Sequence record: PP579741.1
From: Enterobacter phage KKP_3711
Direction: 5' to 3' (one strand)
DNA length: 64,000 nucleotides
Below the pieces are notes generated by a model. The model was not told the origin of the DNA. It searched no databases and saw nothing but the letters and a program-made list of their open reading frames with translations. The position numbers and the translations under genes are program-made. Shown in pieces: positions 58,246 to 64,000 of the stretch (positions are counted from its first letter, which is position 1; each line of letters begins with the position of its first letter).

Positions 58246-58452
58246 TTAAAAGGGTACTACCACTTTATCCAATGGATTGACATACAACCATTCAGCAGTG
58301 GTAGCGTAGATAGTGTTAAAGTCACTGCCAAGGGCTTCTTTGTAACCTTTCAATCTGTATTGAAATCGATAACACCAAAAGCCTTCTTTATTCATGAATA
58401 TATCCCACTCACTTCTCATTACTGTACTTATCCATAAATTTGTCAAAAGCAA
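58246..58452 (-). CDS. hypothetical protein
   Basis: 68-aa ORF. Confidence 0.25.
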   Translation of the reverse strand: MLLTNLWISTVMRSEWDIFMNKEGFWCYRFQYRLKGYKEALGSDFNTIYATTAEWLYVNPLDKVVVPF

Positions 58453-58568
58453 GCTGCCGGAGATGGGATTGTTCAGAATAAGAAATAATTAGACGAGTTT
58501 CTTCCATTGAAAGATTGAATCCATGTTCTAGTTTATTTTCTAATTCTCTAACTCTATATTCTAAAACC

Positions 58569-59381
58569 TCATTTATTGGCAATATATGGTCTCCCTTCTA
58601 AATGTGCTTCTACTCGTTCAATAAACTCTGGATCGCTAAAAGCATCCACAGCACCCTTATACCAGTAAGGAATTCCTCGCTCCTCTAGCTGATACATATC
58701 ACTACGAGTCATACCAGCGTAATCTACTTCACTGGCTTTGGTACTATCATGATAGTTAACTACCATCAGTTTAGCACCTGTTCTGTTCAACACAGGGAAC
58801 AGATCCCAATAGAAGTTAATTACTTGGTTAGACGCCCCAACGATAATAACCATGTCTTCACTAGTAATATCATCGAAAGTTTCGTACATATCTTTATACG
58901 CTGGAGCTGCTTCTCCAAAGAAGATAACGTTGGGTTTGCACCAGTCATAGTCATCTGGGTCAATCTCATTATAACCAACATCAATGACCTTTTTTTGTTG
59001 CGTAAATGCATCTTGGACAACGATTTCTTTTAGATACCCATGGATGTGAAGCACTTTATCCCTTGGAATACCTGCACGCTCTAGCAAATCATCCACGTTA
59101 GTAGTAAGGTTAACTACTTTACCCAAAGGGTAGCGTTTATACCATTCTGCAATGCGTAGATGTGCTAGGTTAGGCTCTACAGAGGCAAGCTCCTGACGAC
59201 GCTTGTTGTAGAACATATGGGTCTTATGGTAGAAATTGCCACGAAAGGCATGAATGTCACACACTTCTTCAATGTTATACTCATCCCACATAGCTTTACC
59301 AGTTGCAGTATCCGTACGAAAAGCACGGATACCACTTTCTACACTAAGACCTGCCCCACTGATAAATAACACTCTACGCAT
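58569..59381 (-). CDS. Sir2-family (sirtuin-like) NAD-dependent protein
   Basis: GAGLSVESGIRAFR, TTNVDDLLERAG, HIHG and NVIFFGEA motifs. No Cys4 zinc module. Confidence 0.7.
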   Translation of the reverse strand: MRRVLFISGAGLSVESGIRAFRTDTATGKAMWDEYNIEEVCDIHAFRGNFYHKTHMFYNKRRQELASVEPNLAHLRIAEWYKRYPLGKVVNLTTNVDDLLERAGIPRDKVLHIHGYLKEIVVQDAFTQQKKVIDVGYNEIDPDDYDWCKPNVIFFGEAAPAYKDMYETFDDITSEDMVIIVGASNQVINFYWDLFPVLNRTGAKLMVVNYHDSTKASEVDYAGMTRSDMYQLEERGIPYWYKGAVDAFSDPEFIERVEAHLEGRPYIANK

Positions 59382-59390
59382 ATCATTTCC

Positions 59391-59672
59391 TTAGTCTTTC
59401 AAATTAATTTGAATATTGTCCGTCTGTCCCATGCTAGCTTCTTCTTCATTAATTCGAATCTGAAGGAAGTCTACTAGCTGTTCTGCTGGAATTACCGGTA
59501 CATAATTTTCATCTTGTGCAGCATTTTCTCGCTGACCTTCTACAGCAGATTCTACCGCGCGCAGCAGAGATAGAAATGCATCACGACGACCTGTAATATA
59601 CATGTTATTCATAGCAGTTTTCAGTTCGTTTACAATTTCTGCTGGAGACTGATCAATATTAGTGTTTTCCAT
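59391..59672 (-). CDS. hypothetical protein
   Basis: 93-aa ORF. Confidence 0.3.
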   Translation of the reverse strand: MENTNIDQSPAEIVNELKTAMNNMYITGRRDAFLSLLRAVESAVEGQRENAAQDENYVPVIPAEQLVDFLQIRINEEEASMGQTDNIQINLKD

Positions 59673-60174
59673 CTTTAATCCTCTGTTTTAAAATTTCTAC
59701 ATCTTCATCGGTTAACCCGACTAATCCATTAATCATATGAGTATCAAATTCATACATATATGAACCTGCATCATCAATTACAATCCAGTCTTTTAAATCG
59801 AGAGTATTAACTATTCGTAGAACTTCCCGACCTCTTCCTAAACCCCCACCTGTGTGTTTAGATACTAGGAGGGTTCGACTGGTAAGACCTAGAAAGTCAA
59901 TCATACCTAAGTTTTCTAGGATATGCTTTTTAGTTTTAGGATCTCCCCAAAACCAACTTGATACCATCACTACTCTAGCGTCAATTTCATCTAAAAATTT
60001 CTGCAAACGTTTTAGTTTATATTTGCAGATAAAATCTCCACCTTTGAAAAATTTCAAGGAGGAAATATGTCCAATTCTCATTAAATCAAGGTCCGCGCGA
60101 GAATTTAAGACACCATCAATATCTAAAAAGACAACAGGTCTATTCATGTACTTTATCCACAAATTTAATTTCAC
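59659..60174 (-). CDS. HAD-superfamily phosphatase-like protein
   Basis: VVFLDIDGVLN (DxDGV motif I). 171 aa. Confidence 0.5.
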   Translation of the reverse strand: MKLNLWIKYMNRPVVFLDIDGVLNSRADLDLMRIGHISSLKFFKGGDFICKYKLKRLQKFLDEIDARVVMVSSWFWGDPKTKKHILENLGMIDFLGLTSRTLLVSKHTGGGLGRGREVLRIVNTLDLKDWIVIDDAGSYMYEFDTHMINGLVGLTDEDVEILKQRIKDGKH

Positions 60175-60391
60175 CTACTTCTACAGAACCAGACTTTTCT
60201 TTATACTTTATAATTAAATCTTTATCGCCAAAACCATGATATCTAATACCAAAAAATTTAAACTTTTTGTTTTCATAGTCAGCAAATTCTACTGTTCTCT
60301 TAGAGAAGCCACCTAATTTATCCAGTGCTAACTTTTCTTTACTAGGACTACCTAAGTGAGAATACTCAGGTTTTGGGAGTAAATCAGACAT
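60140..60391 (-). CDS. hypothetical protein
   Basis: 83-aa ORF. Confidence 0.3.
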   Translation of the reverse strand: MSDLLPKPEYSHLGSPSKEKLALDKLGGFSKRTVEFADYENKKFKFFGIRYHGFGDKDLIIKYKEKSGSVEVGEIKFVDKVHE

Positions 60392-60488
60392 ATAGTTTCC
60401 TTATCAATTTATGTAATTATTATATCTAAATTTTACCTGTTTAGCAAATAAAATAAAACCCAGACTCGTTTCCAAGCCTGGGTTAATA

Positions 60489-62321
60489 TCAAGATACTTT
60501 TAAATTCATGTGTTTTATACGACCCATAACCTCAGCTTGCTTACCTGGGTTAAATGGGCGACTGCCAGGAGATCCTAAATATCCACAAACACGTTTAGTA
60601 ACTTCAATATTTGTGCTACCGCATCCAGGACAAATAAACCCTTGATCTGAACTTACACTATCTCCCATAAAACCACAATCCTGACAAGTATCAATAGGAA
60701 TATTCACACCAATATAATGAGAGTGATTCAATCCATAATCAATAACCCACTCTAAGGCTGGTAAGTGCTTTTTCATTTGTGGAAGTTCTACAAAAGAAAT
60801 ATTACCACCGTTAGCAATACTAGTAAAGTTAGACTCATAATCGTATTTAACATTAGGAGCAACCTTTTCTCTAACATCTAAGTGATGGCTGTTAGTTAAA
60901 TAGCCTTTATCTGTGAGCCAGTCATACTCTGGATATTGTTCCGCAATCAAATTATTAAAACGATTACATAGTGATTCACTAGGAGTAGCATAAAGACTGA
61001 ATCCAAGTTCAGTTTCTTTGGCTTTCTCGTCACAAAATGTTTTCATATAATTTAAAACTTGCTTGGTAAATTCAATGTGATCTACCTGTTTAGCACCTTC
61101 TCCGTAAAGTGCTTGACACATTTCATAAACACCAATATATCCTATAGATACAGAGGCTCTACCTTTAAATGAATCCCAAACTAAATCATTAGGATTTAAT
61201 CGCAGACCAAATCCACCATGCATATACAAAATAGGGGCCTGCTTGGCTCGTACTCCTTTAAGTCTACTAAATGCCCAATCATGAGCTTTATATGCTAACT
61301 CCAAATATTCATCTAATACACCAAAGAAGCTAGTTTCTCGCTCTTTACTTTCTATAGCTACCATAGGAAGATTTATAGATACAACTCCCAGGTTATTACG
61401 TCCAGCAGTTTCACCTGTCGGAATTGCACTTAAGAAGGAGCGACATCCCATAGGGAATTTAAAATCTCCTGTAACTGCACATACCCGCTCGTAACTCACA
61501 TAATCTGGATACATTCTTTCTGCTGTGCAGCGCAGGGCTAGTTTTTTAATGTCATAGTTTGGATCCCCTTCTTTTTTATTAAGCCCTTCTTTAACTGCAA
61601 AGATAAGCTTAGGGAATACAGCTGTGTGTCCTGAAGCACCCAGACCTTTCATACGAACTTCTAGAATTGATTTTTGAACCATCCTAGCTTCCCAGGATTC
61701 TCCCAAACCAAATCCAAAAGTAACGAAAGGTTGCTGACCGTTAGAATTAAACAAAGTATTAACTTCATACTCTAATCCCTGCATAGCACTAGCTACTTCT
61801 TTTTCTGTCATTTCAGTAGCATATACAGCAGCCTTCTTATCATTTTTGAGCCAACGAAGTCCTGTTGCGAGGTGTTTATCATATGATTTACGTACATACG
61901 GGGCTAATACTTCGTCGATACGATCAATAGAAGTACCACCATATTGGCAGCTAGACACCTGGGCAATAATCTGAGCTGTGATAGCTGTTGCTGTAGAGAT
62001 AGATTTAGGAGTTTCAATTTCTGCACCACCTACTTTTAGGCCTTTCTCTAGCATATTAGCTAAATCTACTAAGCAGCAATTAGTATAGCCTTGAGCACGG
62101 TAATCCATATCATGAATATGAATTTTACCCTTATTATGTGCGATTAATAGTCCTGCGGGAATTTCTTGGCTAACAATATATTTGCTAACTTCTCCAGCAA
62201 TCATATCACGTTGGGTAGGAAATTGTTCGGATGCTTTATTTGCATTATTAAATAGGAGATCTTCATCAGCTTCCTGCTCTAGAATCCCATATACGTTATT
62301 AATTAGTTCTTGTTCGTTCAT
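60489..62321 (-). CDS. nrdD: anaerobic ribonucleoside-triphosphate reductase (class III)
   Basis: C-terminal glycyl-radical motif RVCGYLG and Cys4 zinc site CQDCGF...CPGCGS. 610 aa. Confidence 0.85.
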   Translation of the reverse strand: MNEQELINNVYGILEQEADEDLLFNNANKASEQFPTQRDMIAGEVSKYIVSQEIPAGLLIAHNKGKIHIHDMDYRAQGYTNCCLVDLANMLEKGLKVGGAEIETPKSISTATAITAQIIAQVSSCQYGGTSIDRIDEVLAPYVRKSYDKHLATGLRWLKNDKKAAVYATEMTEKEVASAMQGLEYEVNTLFNSNGQQPFVTFGFGLGESWEARMVQKSILEVRMKGLGASGHTAVFPKLIFAVKEGLNKKEGDPNYDIKKLALRCTAERMYPDYVSYERVCAVTGDFKFPMGCRSFLSAIPTGETAGRNNLGVVSINLPMVAIESKERETSFFGVLDEYLELAYKAHDWAFSRLKGVRAKQAPILYMHGGFGLRLNPNDLVWDSFKGRASVSIGYIGVYEMCQALYGEGAKQVDHIEFTKQVLNYMKTFCDEKAKETELGFSLYATPSESLCNRFNNLIAEQYPEYDWLTDKGYLTNSHHLDVREKVAPNVKYDYESNFTSIANGGNISFVELPQMKKHLPALEWVIDYGLNHSHYIGVNIPIDTCQDCGFMGDSVSSDQGFICPGCGSTNIEVTKRVCGYLGSPGSRPFNPGKQAEVMGRIKHMNLKVS

Positions 62322-62523
62322 TTATTCCTCCTTCAAGTTGAATACAGATATTATACTCCAATTCTGCGTGGTGGTCAATAAGAATTTTTAATAATTCAAG
62401 GCTGTTACATTTTATTAACAAAATTTTATTTGCCAACTACGAGAAATTATGTTATTCGCGTACGCCTCCGCGCGTTATAATAAAGGAAAGAAATGATCTT
62501 TCGATGGGTTCTAGAAAATTGTG

Positions 62524-62552
62524 GTTGCAAAACGCACAAAAACTTGGTAATA
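62524..62552 (+). promoter_or_regulatory. candidate sigma70 promoter for phoH (TTGCAA-N17-TAATAT)
   Basis: TTGCAAaacgcacaaaaacttggTAATAT, 44 nt upstream of the phoH start. Lies in a divergent intergenic region. Confidence 0.4.
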
Positions 62553-62595
62553 TATAAGTGTAGTCTGAAATATATGTTCCATTTTCGGAACCTCT

Positions 62596-63378
62596 ATGAG
62601 AACTTTAAGGAAAATACCTATGGTACAAAAAGCTGTTCGTCGTAAACGTAATGGGTCACGCAATCGTAATCACGTAGCCGAGGTTTACAATATCGAAAAT
62701 GGTAAACCAATGGATATTTCTGGTTATGCTAAACCAGAACAAAAGAAACTCATTGCCAAAAACCAAGAACAATCAACGTATATTAACTCTCTTAAAAACC
62801 ATACTGTGACAGTATGTTTGGGTTCAATCGGTTCTGGTAAGACCTTTATTCCTTCTGTACTAGCAGGTAATGCTCTTACTGATAAAAGTTCCGGTATTAA
62901 AAAAGTTATCTTAATACGTCCTAATGAACCTTTAGGTAAATCCTTAGGTATGTTACCGGGTGATTTAAAAGAAAAACTAAAACCTTGGCTGGCACCTATC
63001 GCTGATGGTGTGCAATACGCTGTAGGTAAAGGTTTTTACGAATACGCAGTTGAATCAGAGAAAGTTGAGTATCTTGCTGTAGAACACGTTCGTGGTCGTA
63101 CATTTAATGATGCTTATGTAATTGTAGATGAAGCTCAAAACTTGAGTGTAGAAGCTATGGTTGCAATTCTTACTCGTATTGGTGAAAACTGCAAGATGGC
63201 AATCTGTGGTGATATAGCTCAGAAAGATATTAAGGGTGCATCAGGCTTAGGTATGCTTAAAAAGCTTTCCGAAGATTACGATTACCTTCCATACAATATT
63301 GTAGAGCTTACTGAGTGTGTGCGTTCTAAAGAAGCCGCAGCGTTCCTGTCCGTATTCCAACAAGAAGGATTGCTTTAA
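62596..63378 (+). CDS. phoH: PhoH-family ATPase
   Basis: Walker A GSIGSGKTF, and VIVDEAQN Walker B. 260 aa. Confidence 0.8.
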   Translation: MRTLRKIPMVQKAVRRKRNGSRNRNHVAEVYNIENGKPMDISGYAKPEQKKLIAKNQEQSTYINSLKNHTVTVCLGSIGSGKTFIPSVLAGNALTDKSSGIKKVILIRPNEPLGKSLGMLPGDLKEKLKPWLAPIADGVQYAVGKGFYEYAVESEKVEYLAVEHVRGRTFNDAYVIVDEAQNLSVEAMVAILTRIGENCKMAICGDIAQKDIKGASGLGMLKKLSEDYDYLPYNIVELTECVRSKEAAAFLSVFQQEGLL

Positions 63379-63578
63379 TGGCAGTAGTGCACCTTGCAAG
63401 ACCTACCAAGTTTTCCCGAAAAAATATGTCAGCCGCCAATATTGTTTGTGCAAGTTATCCAGGTGATGAAGATGCACACAAGATCATTTGGGGTTTAGTA
63501 TCTCGCTCTAGCAATGATATTAATCTTGAAGCCCTCAAACAAGCCGTTGAGCATATTATTTTTAAGTCTAGACTATAA
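63378..63578 (+). CDS. hypothetical protein
   Basis: 66-aa ORF with ATGG overlap. Terminator follows. Confidence 0.35.
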   Translation: MAVVHLARPTKFSRKNMSAANIVCASYPGDEDAHKIIWGLVSRSSNDINLEALKQAVEHIIFKSRL

Positions 63579-63587
63579 CCTAGGAGA

Positions 63588-63622
63588 CCCGAGTACTACT
63601 GTACTTCGGGTCTTTTTTATCT
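63588..63622 (+). terminator. rho-independent terminator
   Basis: GACCCGAGTA-ctactg-TACTTCGGGTC followed by TTTTTTAT. Confidence 0.7.
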
Positions 63623-63693
63623 AAAATTTTAATTGCCTTATGACCGAATCTAAAGTAAACTATTTCCTAAATCCTGCAAACCAAGGAAATTCA

Positions 63694-64000
63694 ATGCAAA
63701 CTAAACTAAAAGAAGTAATTAAACGTGATGGTAGCATCGAACCATTTATGCCAGAAAAACTAAATAACTGGGCAAAATGGTCTTGTAAAGGATCTACCGC
63801 TAGCTGGTCAAGTCTTGTACTTACAGCTGTAAAACAAATTTCTGACAGTCGTGTAACGACTGATTTTCTGCAAGAACTTCTAATTACTACGGCAATGAAC
63901 TTGTTAGATGAAGATCCTGCATATGATAAAGTTGCAGTAGAGTTGATGATCGCACAACTTCGTAAGCAACTGTTCGATTCTTATTACCCACCACACCTTA
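63694..64000 (+). CDS. nrdA: ribonucleotide reductase large subunit, N-terminal ATP-cone (partial)
   Basis: ATG at 63694 with AAGGAAAT SD. VIKRDGSIEPF ATP-cone signature. Runs off the right edge. Confidence 0.65.
   Translation, partial: MQTKLKEVIKRDGSIEPFMPEKLNNWAKWSCKGSTASWSSLVLTAVKQISDSRVTTDFLQELLITTAMNLLDEDPAYDKVAVELMIAQLRKQLFDSYYPPHL

Noticed and set aside
1-64000. CRISPR arrays, IS elements, integrase or attachment sites
   Set aside because: No regularly spaced repeat-spacer arrays were seen; the only tandem array is contiguous 19-mers. No transposase or integrase motifs appear in any ORF. The content is uniformly lytic-phage.

Overview
The window reads as a contiguous piece of a T5-like (Tequintavirus / Demerecviridae-type) lytic coliphage genome. 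The gene order and protein sizes I can read match my recollection of T5 and DT57C: A1 is about 557 aa, large terminase 439, portal 402, prohead protease 211, major capsid 457, tail tube 464, tape measure 1218, pb3 953 and DNA polymerase 854. The window has three blocks. (i) 1-7000 is the terminal-repeat / pre-early block. It starts with an unlisted minus-strand gene running off the left edge. An ORF-free, repeat-rich region (930-2058) follows, carrying a phased DnaA-box cluster, palindromes and direct repeats. Then come the plus-strand pre-early genes: small ORFs, A1 (a metallophosphatase-type host-DNA-degradation protein), A2 and dmp (a HAD-family 5'-deoxynucleotidase). A second repeat-rich region (6089-6470) with a 19-bp tandem array closes the block. 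(ii) 7021-35133, all plus strand, is the late morphogenesis block. In order it encodes a pb5-like receptor-binding protein, small and large terminase, an inserted HNH endonuclease, portal, an Ig-domain decoration protein, prohead protease, major capsid protein, head-tail connector proteins, an Ig-tagged tail tube protein, two tail-assembly chaperone ORFs (a possible programmed frameshift), the tape measure, Dit, the pb3 hub, pb4 with a collagen-like repeat, a collar protein, and a two-gene L-shaped fibre (an LtfA-like protein with a C-terminal intramolecular chaperone, plus an LtfB-like protein). (iii) 35171-62321, all minus strand, is the early replication block. It encodes dUTPase, the D15 flap endonuclease, a PD-(D/E)xK-like nuclease, SbcC/SbcD-like D13/D12, a DExH helicase, family A DNA polymerase, DnaG-like primase, a DnaB-like helicase, a D5-like DNA-binding protein, an NAD-dependent DNA ligase split into two ORFs, a DprA/SLOG-like protein, HTH proteins, a 912-aa origin-binding-type ATPase, a Sir2-family protein, a HAD hydrolase and anaerobic RNR NrdD. 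After NrdD the strand switches to PhoH and the start of NrdA. No tRNA, rRNA or CRISPR array was recognised. The most unusual element is a roughly 0.8-kb GC-rich segment with no credible ORF (57240-58060), which I read as a candidate structured RNA or foreign insertion. Other notable signals are the repeat and DnaA-box architecture flanking the pre-early block, two near-identical consensus sigma70 early promoters with a conserved downstream leader, and several rho-independent terminators.
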